Assembly (NCBI GenBank): GCA_035290345.1
Contig: DATDUP010000010.1
Coordinates: 1-48,508, forward strand
Direction of reading: 5' to 3'
DNA from: Patescibacteria group bacterium
Lineage (GTDB): Bacteria > Patescibacteriota > Patescibacteriia > Magasanikbacterales > UBA922
Length of the DNA: 48,508 bases
The notes below the pieces were generated by a model. The model searched no databases. It worked only from the letters and a program-made list of their open reading frames with translations, and was not told the DNA's origin. A program made the position numbers and the translations under genes. Positions within the stretch are counted from its first letter, which is position 1, and each line of letters opens with the position of its first letter. Positions 17,589 through 27,301 of the stretch are shown piece after piece.

Positions 17589-18695
17589 TCAGGAAACCAA
17601 AACTGACCAAGTGGCCGATGCACATTTTTCCCAGGTAAAATCTTTGACGCGCTCCAAACCAAGTTGAATTTTTTTTGCTCGTTCCTCTGGCTGGCTGAGA
17701 CTGGCCTCAATGGCCTGAACAATCGCTTCCGCCGAAGTATCAGCCATATACCAGACCGCCCCCTGCCCCAATTCTTGTAAAACTGACAAGGGGCTAGCCA
17801 CCACTGACGCCCCGCAAGCCATGGCTTCCAAAATCGGCAAGCCAAAACCTTCGGATAACGAAGGAAAAACAAAATTCTGACAAGTCGCTAAGAGTCCAGG
17901 TAAATCCGCAGCCGGGACCCAACCTGGAGCAAATATATCTTTTTTAAACTGAGAATTTTCAATCGCTTCCGCCACTTTTTCTTTTCCCCAACCGCCACTA
18001 CCGACTAGCAACAACTGCCAATCATATTTTTCTTTCAAAAGATCAAAGGCTTTAATTAAATTCACTGTATTCTTTTTTTCCTCTAACCGCCCCAGGCTCA
18101 ACAAAAATGGTTTGGTAAGCTGGTACTTCCCCAACGATGATGATGTCTGGCTGACCACGGCCAAAGAAAACTGCTCCTGATCAAAACCATGCGGAATCAC
18201 CCTGATTCTTTCCTGGCCCTGTTGGCCAAAGGCGGCCAGCATTTCTTCTTTAGTGGACTGGCTGGGAACAATCACCCGGAACAATTTTTTCTGCGCATAG
18301 CGAGCGCTGGCCACAGAATACCAACGTTCAAAATTACTATAAGTCTGGGGAAAATGCCAGGCGGCAATATCATGGACCGTCATTACTGTCCGGCGAGGAT
18401 GCCACCAAGGAAAAACATGGGCCGGAATAAACAACACGTCCGGAGGCCGCCGCCACATCTCCCAACTCAACCGTCCCTGCGTCCACCAACGAGGAAGAAA
18501 CCAAGACAGGACCCGATTTTCCCAATTCAAAGGCAAAGGCGCCAATTCTTCTTGGAGAGGTTGGGGGGAATATAAAACAACCTGAACATCTTCAGGAACG
18601 ATGGACTGCAATTGTTTAAGCAGATGATAGGTATACCAACCAACGCCAGTTTTTTTTTCTTCATTCGCCCGCGAAGCATCTATACCAACTATCAT
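17589..18695 (-). CDS. GT4-family (GT-B fold) glycosyltransferase
   Basis: The C-terminal signature FPSLSEGFGLPILEAMACGASVV. Confidence 0.85.
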   Translation of the reverse strand: MIVGIDASRANEEKKTGVGWYTYHLLKQLQSIVPEDVQVVLYSPQPLQEELAPLPLNWENRVLSWFLPRWWTQGRLSWEMWRRPPDVLFIPAHVFPWWHPRRTVMTVHDIAAWHFPQTYSNFERWYSVASARYAQKKLFRVIVPSQSTKEEMLAAFGQQGQERIRVIPHGFDQEQFSLAVVSQTSSSLGKYQLTKPFLLSLGRLEEKKNTVNLIKAFDLLKEKYDWQLLLVGSGGWGKEKVAEAIENSQFKKDIFAPGWVPAADLPGLLATCQNFVFPSLSEGFGLPILEAMACGASVVASPLSVLQELGQGAVWYMADTSAEAIVQAIEASLSQPEERAKKIQLGLERVKDFTWEKCASATWSVLVS

Positions 18696-18696
18696 A

Positions 18697-19704
18697 TTAG
18701 CGTGTCGCCAGGATGCTCCGTTTGTAACTCTCTAAATTCTCCAAAGCCACTCCCGTACCTTTGGCTACACACAATAAAGGTTCATCAGCCACATAACAAG
18801 CTACCCCGGTACCACTGGCAATCAAAGTATCTAAATTGCGCAATAGGCTGGAACCACCGGACATAATAATCCCCTTGTCCATGACATCCGCTGATAGTTC
18901 GGGCGGTGTCTTGTATAATACTTCTTTTATTGCCTCTAAAAGACCTTGTAAATCATGTTGTAAAGCCTCAACTACGTCATCTGAACTGACCATAATCGTC
19001 CGGGGCAGACCACTTATCATGTCCCGGCCTTTCACTTCCATGGTCAAGGGCTTATCCATAAAAGTGGCCGAGCCAACATTAATCTTTACTTCTTCGGCAC
19101 GTTGTTCGCCAATAGCCAAACCATATTTACGACGAATAAATTCCGCTACCGAAGCGTCAAAACGATTACCGCCAATGCGCACCGAACCACAGGAGACGAT
19201 ACCCCCCAAAGAAATTACCGCAATCTCGGCTGTTCCTCCGCCAATATCAACGACCATGTGGCCAGAGGCCGAACCAATGGGAATATCAGCACCAATAGCG
19301 GCAACAATCGGTTCTTTAATGATATAAGCTGCCCGCGCCCCAGCGGCCATAGCCGCATCAATTACGGCCCGTCTTTCAGTGGAAGTAATCCCAGCCGGTA
19401 CTGCCACCATTACTTCTGGCCGAAACAATCTCACCCCACCCAAGGCTTTATTAATAAAATAACGCAGCATGGCTTCTGTTGTCCGATAATTGGCAATCAC
19501 TCCATCTTTTAAGGGCCGTTCCGCCACAATCGTATCTGGAGTGCGGCCGATCATTTCTTTAGCTTCCAAGCCTACCGCCAACACCTTCTTATCCTCTTTG
19601 GCCACGGCCACAACCGAAGGTTCGTTAATCACAATCCCCTTTTTGGGGACATGAACTAGGATATTGGTGGTGCCTAAGTCAATCGCCACTTTTTTGATCC
19701 ACAT
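18697..19704 (-). CDS. mreB: actin-like rod-shape protein MreB
   Basis: Motifs AIDLGTTN, MVVDIGGGTAEIAV and GIIMSGGSSLL. Confidence 0.95.
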   Translation of the reverse strand: MWIKKVAIDLGTTNILVHVPKKGIVINEPSVVAVAKEDKKVLAVGLEAKEMIGRTPDTIVAERPLKDGVIANYRTTEAMLRYFINKALGGVRLFRPEVMVAVPAGITSTERRAVIDAAMAAGARAAYIIKEPIVAAIGADIPIGSASGHMVVDIGGGTAEIAVISLGGIVSCGSVRIGGNRFDASVAEFIRRKYGLAIGEQRAEEVKINVGSATFMDKPLTMEVKGRDMISGLPRTIMVSSDDVVEALQHDLQGLLEAIKEVLYKTPPELSADVMDKGIIMSGGSSLLRNLDTLIASGTGVACYVADEPLLCVAKGTGVALENLESYKRSILATR

Positions 19705-19706
19705 AA

Positions 19707-21167
19707 TTAAAATTCAACAAGAAATTCCTGGTTCGTCTCCAGACCCGTGAATAATTCATAACGCCCATCGTGCCAATTAGCTTCAGCTTCCGCTGGACTC
19801 GCCCTCTTAATATTCTTACCAAAATCCAGGTTGAGCGTCAAACCGGTCTGTCTCACCCCCAACTGCTTCTGGACAAATAATGTATACACTTCCGAGGAAG
19901 AACTAAATGACGGGGGTAATAAATAGGTAAAAGAAAGACGACCAACCTTACCCGGCTCTACTGAGGTAAAAGCCCCAAACCAGGTCTTACCCAATTCTTC
20001 GCCTTTGTCTACCTCGCCCTTTTTCGTCGTCCGATCCCAGGCTAACATTCCTTCCGCAGCCACCAATTCTGACCCAGCCGGCACAAAAATTCGGGCATAA
20101 GTGCGATAGCGAGTAGTGCGCCAATCAAACTTTCCATTATGAATATATGTCATTTCAGCCTTAGCCAACCACCGGCCGTCTGCCTGGGGAACCAAAGAAT
20201 AATCTAAGACCCGTTTGATGGCCTGATCGGTTTTTAAAGCTGCCAAATTCGCATCTATCCAACACAAATAATCACCAGTGGAATTCTGCAGACGTCCAGC
20301 CCAACCATTTTTCTCCAATTGCGCCTGTAAATCTGCCTCACGAGCATAGCCAACAATTTGGCCTTCAGCCGCCAAACGCACAAACAACTTTCCATACTGT
20401 TCCCAACTGCTCCAAGCATTGATCTTCAGTCTATTCATTAAAGCCAACATCAGAGGTTCAATAATATCTTTGCGCTGAGTAAAATGCTTTCCTTTGTCCA
20501 CATAAGCATACTCCACCTCATATTCTAATTTCTCCACCAGGTTTTCTTTAGTAAACTCCAGACCCTCAACCACGATCGGACCGGTAAATTGCATTAACTC
20601 TTCAATCACCGTCGGAGTCAAGGCGATGACCACTTCAATATCAGCCGCCGCTGGACCATTTTCCCCTTGGTACAATTCCAAAACTTTTTTTGCACTCTCC
20701 GCAAAATCCGGCGACCAATTAGCATCCCGAAAATACCAGCGATCAACATCAAGATGCTCCTCCAGCACTGCCGGAGCCTTAGGCTTCCAATCAACCGGAG
20801 CCTCCCGGTCTAAGTTTTCACTACCATCAACGGCTAATACAGAAATTTTTCCGCTATCCGCGCGCACCACGGCATACGTACCAATGAACCCCCCGCCCGG
20901 ACGCAGTTCAGTATTATTTTCTAAAAGGACCAAATAAGTAAGGGGTTTGGTAAAACCTAATAAACGCGGCAGAAGGGCTACCCAATCTCCTTGTTCTTCA
21001 CCTAATTTTTTCTTTATCTGTTCCTGCACCAAGGGAGAATTAAACAACTTGGTCAGGTCGGTCTGTCGTAGCCAGAAATATCCACCCACCGAGGCCAGAA
21101 CAACAATCAAAATTAAAAATAAAGCCAGCCAACGGAGAATACGGAGATAGGCCAAATGACGAAACAT
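19707..21167 (-). CDS. DUF4012 domain membrane-anchored protein
   Basis: An N-terminal TM helix and the characteristic LLENNTELRPGGGFIGTYAVV motif. Confidence 0.65.
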   Translation of the reverse strand: MFRHLAYLRILRWLALFLILIVVLASVGGYFWLRQTDLTKLFNSPLVQEQIKKKLGEEQGDWVALLPRLLGFTKPLTYLVLLENNTELRPGGGFIGTYAVVRADSGKISVLAVDGSENLDREAPVDWKPKAPAVLEEHLDVDRWYFRDANWSPDFAESAKKVLELYQGENGPAAADIEVVIALTPTVIEELMQFTGPIVVEGLEFTKENLVEKLEYEVEYAYVDKGKHFTQRKDIIEPLMLALMNRLKINAWSSWEQYGKLFVRLAAEGQIVGYAREADLQAQLEKNGWAGRLQNSTGDYLCWIDANLAALKTDQAIKRVLDYSLVPQADGRWLAKAEMTYIHNGKFDWRTTRYRTYARIFVPAGSELVAAEGMLAWDRTTKKGEVDKGEELGKTWFGAFTSVEPGKVGRLSFTYLLPPSFSSSSEVYTLFVQKQLGVRQTGLTLNLDFGKNIKRASPAEAEANWHDGRYELFTGLETNQEFLVEF

Positions 21168-21169
21168 AG

Positions 21170-22696
21170 TTATTTCCTTTTCTTTTGCGAGATATTAAAA
21201 CCAAGATAACGACCGAATAACAAATGGGTAACCGCATCAATGGCCGGAATCGCGCTTACGAAAACCAAGGAGATCGGCAATAATACCCACTGCAATACCA
21301 TTATAATATATTTATGCTTTGGATGCGACTCCGGACGACGAGGCAAAAGTGGCAAACTCAGAACCGCGGAAAGTAACAAACCCATCATCGCCAACATCAT
21401 TAATACCTCCAACATGTAAGGCGCGTTAAAAAACAAAGCACTTTGACGCACTGATTCTGGGGCATACCACATCGGCAGTCTCCCCAAAATAGTAATAATC
21501 AAAGCCACTAGACACCATGACCACTTTCCTTCCCATTCCACAAACACCCATTTTATCTTTTTCCACCAAGGAATCAAATTCCCCTTTTTTCCAAATTCAT
21601 ATAAGAGAAAAGGGACATGTTCGACGCCCCAAGCCCAACGCCGTTGCTGGCGGTACAAATTGCGGACACTCCGCCACCACCGGTCATCACGAACCGTATC
21701 CATGGAAACTGGCAAATACATGGGAATGACTTCGTAGTTACCATTATTCGCCAACAAACATTGATAGAAAATCCGGGAATCCTCGCTGACGACCCTCTTT
21801 TCATGATAACCAGCAGCGACAATGGCCGCAAAACTCATGGAGTGTGAAGAAAAAGTCACCAAAGCATCCTGACGAGCCAGAGAAGTCATGGTCCAAAATG
21901 TTGTTCCAAAAGCCATAATCCGCAAAATGGCTGGCGATTCCCAGATATTATTGTTATATAAAGCAATTGGCTGATAGGAAGCCTTAGTCGGATCAGGCTG
22001 GTCATTGTAAAGCAAGGTGAGGTAAGCAAAATATTGTTCATGACAAACCGTGTCAATATCAAAAATCGTTGTGATTACTTCAGAAAAATCCCAATGTCTA
22101 GCTTGTAACCATTGGGTCAACACTCTTTCCGCATAATGCAAATTGGAACCCTTACCTGGAATCTCCCCGGGTAAATCCGCCGGATGCAAAACGCCGACAA
22201 TGGCTCCAAAATCCGCCGAAAAATTTTCTTTGACCAAAGAGAAAATCTCTTCATAATGTTCCTGTTTTTTCCCCTCTCCGGCAATTACAATCACAAATTT
22301 TTCCTTGTCATAGACCGCTCGGCTGATACTGGTCAGGGCTGTCCGGACTACTCCCCAACTCTCATTAAACAAAGTCAAAAAAATTACGTGCTGATAACGA
22401 TGACTGACCGCTGGCAACGCGGCCAACTTTTGTTTCCAATCTTGATCGCGAACCTGACGAAAACGGAACCAAGAGATCAGGAGATAAAAGGTAAAATTAA
22501 GAACCTTCAAGACCCAATAAATATCAAAAAGAATAATAAAATAGATCATCCACAAAGGCCGGACGAAAGATAAAACCAAACACAAAACCAAAGTGCCCCA
22601 GATCGAGATTCCTGGTAACATTTCATAAAAACGGTACTTTTGATATTCCGTGAGCATACTTTTCCTGGTATCAACGATTATGGCAAATCCTGCCAT
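21170..22696 (-). CDS. integral-membrane processive GT2-like glycosyltransferase (cellulose/chitin-synthase-like)
   Basis: Multiple TM segments and a QQRRW (QxxRW) motif. Confidence 0.6.
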   Translation of the reverse strand: MAGFAIIVDTRKSMLTEYQKYRFYEMLPGISIWGTLVLCLVLSFVRPLWMIYFIILFDIYWVLKVLNFTFYLLISWFRFRQVRDQDWKQKLAALPAVSHRYQHVIFLTLFNESWGVVRTALTSISRAVYDKEKFVIVIAGEGKKQEHYEEIFSLVKENFSADFGAIVGVLHPADLPGEIPGKGSNLHYAERVLTQWLQARHWDFSEVITTIFDIDTVCHEQYFAYLTLLYNDQPDPTKASYQPIALYNNNIWESPAILRIMAFGTTFWTMTSLARQDALVTFSSHSMSFAAIVAAGYHEKRVVSEDSRIFYQCLLANNGNYEVIPMYLPVSMDTVRDDRWWRSVRNLYRQQRRWAWGVEHVPFLLYEFGKKGNLIPWWKKIKWVFVEWEGKWSWCLVALIITILGRLPMWYAPESVRQSALFFNAPYMLEVLMMLAMMGLLLSAVLSLPLLPRRPESHPKHKYIIMVLQWVLLPISLVFVSAIPAIDAVTHLLFGRYLGFNISQKKRK

Positions 22697-22702
22697 TCTG
22701 GA

Positions 22703-23095
22703 TCATCTTGCTTTCTTTTTTTGAGTAATATTTGGCTGGCCGCTGTAAGTGGGGGAAATCAACTGACCGGGAATCTGTCGAACAAATTCCTTCACTTGCC
22801 AATCATAATCATGAATCCGATCCGCTGGCACGGCCAAAAGTGGCAATTGTTTCTGAAAACCAATTAGATTGGCAACTACTGCCGTCAAACGCGTACTGGT
22901 GAATCCCCCGGTTCCCACCACCACTGACAGACCGGACAATTCCGAGACCGTCAAACGATTCTCCTGTAAAAAAGCCACTAGTTTCTCCAACAATTCCCGA
23001 TTCTGACCTGGATATTCCGCTTCTTTTCGCTCAGTCTGATCAAAGAGCGACAAATGGATTATCCCGGTTCGGGATAAATCTAAAAGTAGGTACAT
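22703..23095 (-). CDS. short TsaB-like protein (N-terminal ASKHA half only)
   Basis: LLLDLS at the N-terminus and VVVGTGGFTSTRLTAVVAN resemble TsaB/YeaZ. It is only about 130 aa. I preferred the ATG at 23095 over the TTG at 23101. Confidence 0.5.
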   Translation of the reverse strand: MYLLLDLSRTGIIHLSLFDQTERKEAEYPGQNRELLEKLVAFLQENRLTVSELSGLSVVVGTGGFTSTRLTAVVANLIGFQKQLPLLAVPADRIHDYDWQVKEFVRQIPGQLISPTYSGQPNITQKKKAR

Positions 23096-23097
23096 AA

Positions 23098-23697
23098 TCA
23101 AACACCCAATTCATTTACAATCTTATGATGTTCAGCCTCAAACAAGGTATACAGAAACTTGTCCATCACGTGCCTTCTTTCCTTGAATTCTTTCTCGCTC
23201 ATTAGTGTATATCGTACTTCAAAACCCAAATCTTTTTCATACTTGGCCACCAACTTGGCGATGTTTCTTTCTTTCAGGTCACCAACGAGCAACAAATCAC
23301 TGGGTATCGTCTCTTTATTCACAAACCGCCCGGTCAACAACATTAGACGCACTGTCCCCCCTTTTTCAGTAAGTTCATGAACAAATTCCTGCTCACCGAG
23401 CATTTGCACTTTGACCAAAAGTCCCTGCAATTCAGGGTATAATAAAGAGCTGGCGTCCAGAGTATAGTACTTCCGCAAGGTAGAACCGGGATCAAAATTA
23501 GGGCTCTGGCCCGCGGTCTCTTTGATGATCCCCAAATCTACTAAAAGGGACAGCTCCCGTCGCACAGCGTTTATCTGACTCCCGAGGTGCCGCGAGATCT
23601 CCCGGACAAAAAAGGGCTGGCCAGGCTGACGAAAAAAAAGACGCAAAAGGCGGAACCGAGTTTTTGAACCAAAAAGTTGTTCGATCATATTTTTCAC
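23098..23697 (-). CDS. winged-helix (ArsR/MarR-like) DNA-binding protein
   Basis: RLLRLFFRQPGQPFFVREISRHLGSQINAVRRELSLLVDLGII looks like a wHTH. The start is GTG at 23697 or ATG at 23688. Confidence 0.55.
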   Translation of the reverse strand: MKNMIEQLFGSKTRFRLLRLFFRQPGQPFFVREISRHLGSQINAVRRELSLLVDLGIIKETAGQSPNFDPGSTLRKYYTLDASSLLYPELQGLLVKVQMLGEQEFVHELTEKGGTVRLMLLTGRFVNKETIPSDLLLVGDLKERNIAKLVAKYEKDLGFEVRYTLMSEKEFKERRHVMDKFLYTLFEAEHHKIVNELGV

Positions 23698-23761
23698 GTT
23701 TTACATCCTGCTGGTCTTTGAATAATTCCTGTCTTCAAACGCCGACCCCCTTACCCCGCGC

Positions 23762-23791
23762 TTGGCAAAAAGAAAACAAATATAGTATAAT
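23762..23791 (+). promoter_or_regulatory. sigma70-like promoter for ORF 23823-26090
   Basis: TTGGCA (23762-23767), an 18-nt spacer, then TATAAT (23786-23791). Confidence 0.5.
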
Positions 23792-23822
23792 AGTGGGGAA
23801 AAATAAAGTCAAAATCTCCTTT

Positions 23823-26090
23823 ATGAAGGACTTTGTGGAGATTCATGAATTTTTTGTGGAAGGACAGGATCAAAGCCGCTCGCATGTCCTCCTCCACATC
23901 ACTGAACCCAGCACTCCCCAAGAAGAGGCGAAGGGGTATTTTTTTGCTTTGGCCGAAATCAATAACGGCACGATTGAACAGATCCAACACCTCCAACAAA
24001 TGATTGATGATTTAGAATCCGGATACTACGAAACTGATGACACCGAAGACAAGACTGCCTTTGAAGCGACTTTGGAATTCATCAATTGCCGCGGCCACCA
24101 TCTCCTCCAATTTGAAGATTCATTGATTCACTGTCTCGTGGGAGTGATTCGGGATCGAGAACTGCATTTTGCCTACCACGGTTCACCTCAAGCCGTACTT
24201 TTTTATCGTAAAAAAGACAATGAGCTGGAAGCGGTGGACATCCTGGGGGCTCCGGATAATCTATTAAACAACAATCAATTATTCTCTTCTATCTTGGAAG
24301 GTCACCTCAACCTTGGTGACTATTTTTATGCCAGCACCCCCCATGTCAACGACTATTTCACTCTGGATCGAATCAAAAAAATAGTAGAGACACGAAATGC
24401 CCGCCAATCCGCCGGCCACATCCAAAAAGTTTTGGATGACATAAAATCCGATCTTTCTTTCGGTGGGATTTTCTTTCATCTGCCAACCTATGTCGATCTA
24501 CCTAAAACCGGCAAAACGCCCAAAAGCCTGCCCCGAGGCACGGTGGAATCTTTGAACAAAATGATTTCGCGAGAAAAAAATACAGCCGAAATGCTGTCCC
24601 CCTCTCTCTGGCGTCGAGTAAATAAACGTTTGAATACTCGTCTGGCTGTTTACAGACAAAAGCATCAGACTGCCACTCTTGACCGCACCCAGACAAAAAG
24701 ACAGAAACAAATTAGTAAAACCATGGAAAAGGGCAAAATCGAAACCAATGTCCGACCGCGCCAAGAAAAAATTAACGAACCTATCCTTAATATTATACTC
24801 GTCTCTCTAGGCAAATCCCTTTTTATTCTTCTTTCCAGCCTGTGGCGCCTGTTACGCGGGTCAACTATCCTTCTAGCCCGCACTTCTGTTGCCCTGTTCT
24901 TTCTTCTCACTAACCGTGACAACCAAAGAGAAACCATTCGCAAAGAATGGCGCCAGGCCTATGACAAAAAGAAGGATGATTTTTTTGCTCTTCCTCTCCT
25001 CAGTAAAATCCTCCTGATCCTCACCATTGTTTTGGCCGTCATTTTTGTTGGCAGTCTAACTACCTTCAAGCTCAAATCGGCTTACCAGGCTAAAAAGATC
25101 GCCTATGAAAATCAAATTCAAGCTGTGATTGACAAAAAGAATGCCGCTGACTCCAGTCTGCTTTATAATGATGAAGCCCGCGCTTTTATTCTTTTGGCTG
25201 AAGCCAAAGAACTTTTAGATAAACTAATCCAGGACAGTCATCTAGAAAAAGAAAAGGCTAGCCAATTGGCTGCGGACATCGAGACCAGTTTGACTCATCT
25301 ACGCAAATGGCAAGAAATCTCGCCGACTCTCATTGCGGATTTAAATCCCAACCAAGCGAAGGTGGAACAGCTCATCATTATTGCCAATCAAATTCTGGCC
25401 TTTGGCCCTGATGACAAACATTTATATCGGATTGAACCACTGTCCGGACAAATCAATTCTCTCGATGCTTCTCTCCTACCCAAGTTGATTGCCGCTAGTG
25501 TACCTAAAGAAAATGATTATGCTGTTTTCCTGGGCAGCAATGGTCAGATTGCTAAATATGATCCCGAAACGCAAATTTTGAGTCAAAAGGACATCAGCTA
25601 CCCCCAGGTAGAGACAAAAATACTTTCTCCAGCGATTTACAATCGTCGGCTTTATGTGGTTGATACACAAAACAATCAAATCTATAAACATTCCCCCATT
25701 CAGACCGGTTTTGACCGTGGCACTGCCTGGTTGGAAGAGGAACTAAATCTTTCCGATGCCATTAGTCTAGCCATCGACGGCGATATTTATATCCTTAAAA
25801 CTACGGGAGAAATTTGGAAACTGGCTGATGGTTTGAAACAAGAATTCAACCCCAGTGGTCTAGATCCTCAACTGGAAAACCCTCGGATGTTCTATACCAA
25901 TGCGAGCCTGAATGAACTATACATATTGGAACCAAAAAACAAACGTCTGGTGATCTTAGACAAGACCGGCAAACTCTTGGGACAATACACATCCCCGATT
26001 TGGACTAATCCCACTGGATTTATAGTAGATAACGAAAAAAATATTTTCCTCTTAGACAATAACAAAGTCTACCGATTTGCTTGGAAATAA
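23823..26090 (+). CDS. large membrane protein: a cytoplasmic N-terminal domain (tentatively PP2C/SpoIIE-like), TM segments, a coiled coil and C-terminal beta-propeller-like (NHL-like) repeats
   Basis: I chose the ATG at 23823 because the track start at 23664 overlaps the divergent gene. Hydrophobic segments lie near residues 330-420. C-terminal repeats include YVVDTQNNQIYKH and LVILDKTGKLLGQY. Confidence 0.65.
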   Translation: MKDFVEIHEFFVEGQDQSRSHVLLHITEPSTPQEEAKGYFFALAEINNGTIEQIQHLQQMIDDLESGYYETDDTEDKTAFEATLEFINCRGHHLLQFEDSLIHCLVGVIRDRELHFAYHGSPQAVLFYRKKDNELEAVDILGAPDNLLNNNQLFSSILEGHLNLGDYFYASTPHVNDYFTLDRIKKIVETRNARQSAGHIQKVLDDIKSDLSFGGIFFHLPTYVDLPKTGKTPKSLPRGTVESLNKMISREKNTAEMLSPSLWRRVNKRLNTRLAVYRQKHQTATLDRTQTKRQKQISKTMEKGKIETNVRPRQEKINEPILNIILVSLGKSLFILLSSLWRLLRGSTILLARTSVALFFLLTNRDNQRETIRKEWRQAYDKKKDDFFALPLLSKILLILTIVLAVIFVGSLTTFKLKSAYQAKKIAYENQIQAVIDKKNAADSSLLYNDEARAFILLAEAKELLDKLIQDSHLEKEKASQLAADIETSLTHLRKWQEISPTLIADLNPNQAKVEQLIIIANQILAFGPDDKHLYRIEPLSGQINSLDASLLPKLIAASVPKENDYAVFLGSNGQIAKYDPETQILSQKDISYPQVETKILSPAIYNRRLYVVDTQNNQIYKHSPIQTGFDRGTAWLEEELNLSDAISLAIDGDIYILKTTGEIWKLADGLKQEFNPSGLDPQLENPRMFYTNASLNELYILEPKNKRLVILDKTGKLLGQYTSPIWTNPTGFIVDNEKNIFLLDNNKVYRFAWK

Positions 26091-26116
26091 CCAAAATACT
26101 AAACAGCGAGATCATA

Positions 26117-26140
26117 AAGACCCCCGGTCGGGGGTCTTTA
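26117..26140. terminator. bidirectional terminator between convergent genes
   Basis: AAAGACCCCCG-GTC-GGGGGTCTTT with flanking A and T residues. Confidence 0.6.
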
Positions 26141-26157
26141 TTCATCTGTCAGAGAGG

Positions 26158-26562
26158 TTATTTCAATTCCACTTTTCCGCCAGCTTCCTCAATCTTTTTC
26201 TTCATTGTTTCGGCTTCTTCTTTCTTGACACCTTCCTTAACCATCTTCGGAGCGCCGTCTACTAAAGCCTTAGCATCAGCTAAGCCTAAACCGGTCACTT
26301 CCTTCACCGCTTTGATGACATTAATCTTGTTGTCACCAACCGCAGTCAATTCCACGTTGAATTCTGTCTTCTCTTCAACTGGAGCGGCGGCAGCACCTGG
26401 CATGGCGGCCATAGCCATCATCGGAGCAGCAGCAGAAACGCCGAATTTGTCTTCTAACACCTTGACCAACTCGGCCAAGTCGAGAACTGACATTTTCTCG
26501 ATTTCAGAGACCAGAGACTTAAATTTCTCCGGTACTTCAACAGCTTGTTTTTCGTCTGTCAT
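26158..26562 (-). CDS. rplL: 50S ribosomal protein L7/L12
   Basis: An Ala-rich hinge and the C-terminus [28 protein letters not shown]. Confidence 0.95.
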   Translation of the reverse strand: MTDEKQAVEVPEKFKSLVSEIEKMSVLDLAELVKVLEDKFGVSAAAPMMAMAAMPGAAAAPVEEKTEFNVELTAVGDNKINVIKAVKEVTGLGLADAKALVDGAPKMVKEGVKKEEAETMKKKIEEAGGKVELK

Positions 26563-26587
26563 ATTTTTATAATTGATAATTATTTAT

Positions 26588-27109
26588 CTAAGCTTTGTTT
26601 TCCTTGATCGCGTTCAAGACATTGACCAAGCCACGCAAATTGCCGGCAAGGACATTGACCAAGCCAGAAACCGGCGCATTGATTGAGCCAACCAATTTGG
26701 CCAAAAGCTCTTGTTTGCTGGGTAGAAGCGCGAGTTCTTTTACTTTAGCTGCATCGATGAGTTTACCTTCTAAGATGCCGCCAAAGATAGTGACAACTTC
26801 GTGCTTCTTAGCAAAGTTAGCCACGATCTGGGCCGGGGCTACTTCATCCTCTTGACCACATACTGCGGCCACTCCGCCCGGATAGGTTTTGGTTTCCAAG
26901 TTGAAACCAATCTCGGCTAAGGCTCGTTGCAAAAGAGTCTTCTTGCTGGCAACCAAACCAATAGCTTGGGCCCGGCATTGCCGACGCAAATCTTCGGATT
27001 CTGACACTTTCAGCCCTTGAAAATTGGCAAAGACCACGGCCTTGGCCGTGCGAATACCGTCTGCCAAATTCTTGACTGCCTCCTCTTTTTGTTGTCTGGT
27101 TTTCGCCAT
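26588..27109 (-). CDS. rplJ: 50S ribosomal protein L10
   Basis: A 173-aa protein immediately upstream of rplL, with KAVVFANFQGLKVSESEDLRR. Confidence 0.9.
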   Translation of the reverse strand: MAKTRQQKEEAVKNLADGIRTAKAVVFANFQGLKVSESEDLRRQCRAQAIGLVASKKTLLQRALAEIGFNLETKTYPGGVAAVCGQEDEVAPAQIVANFAKKHEVVTIFGGILEGKLIDAAKVKELALLPSKQELLAKLVGSINAPVSGLVNVLAGNLRGLVNVLNAIKENKA

Positions 27110-27276
27110 ATAAATAAAAACTGTGGCAAAACCACAGACTATTCCGGATACGACCTTTTACCTGGCTAAAAAAGCCAGTAATTTCTCCTCGGCAGCGTAT
27201 TTAATCCCTTAAAAGGAAGCTGCTGTCTGCGGTGAATTAACGAAAGTATAATATCTCAGGCTCAAAAGTTTGTCAA
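27110..27276 (-). promoter_or_regulatory. rplJ promoter plus structured leader with a terminator-like hairpin (L10-leader-type autoregulatory candidate)
   Basis: The minus strand reads TTGACA (27276-27271), 17 nt, then TATTAT. The roughly 130-nt leader has several hairpins. The last is CUGUGG-UUUUG-CCACAG plus UUUUUAUUU (27137-27112), just before the ATG. Confidence 0.4.
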
Positions 27277-27301
27277 GCCAGTGTTGGGGACAAGCCAGCT
27301 A

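Noticed and set aside
23664-23822. The 53-codon N-terminal extension of the large ORF in the track (start at 23664).
   Set aside because: It overlaps the divergent wHTH gene and would include the TTGGCA-18-TATAAT promoter inside the coding region. The ATG at 23823 follows that promoter.
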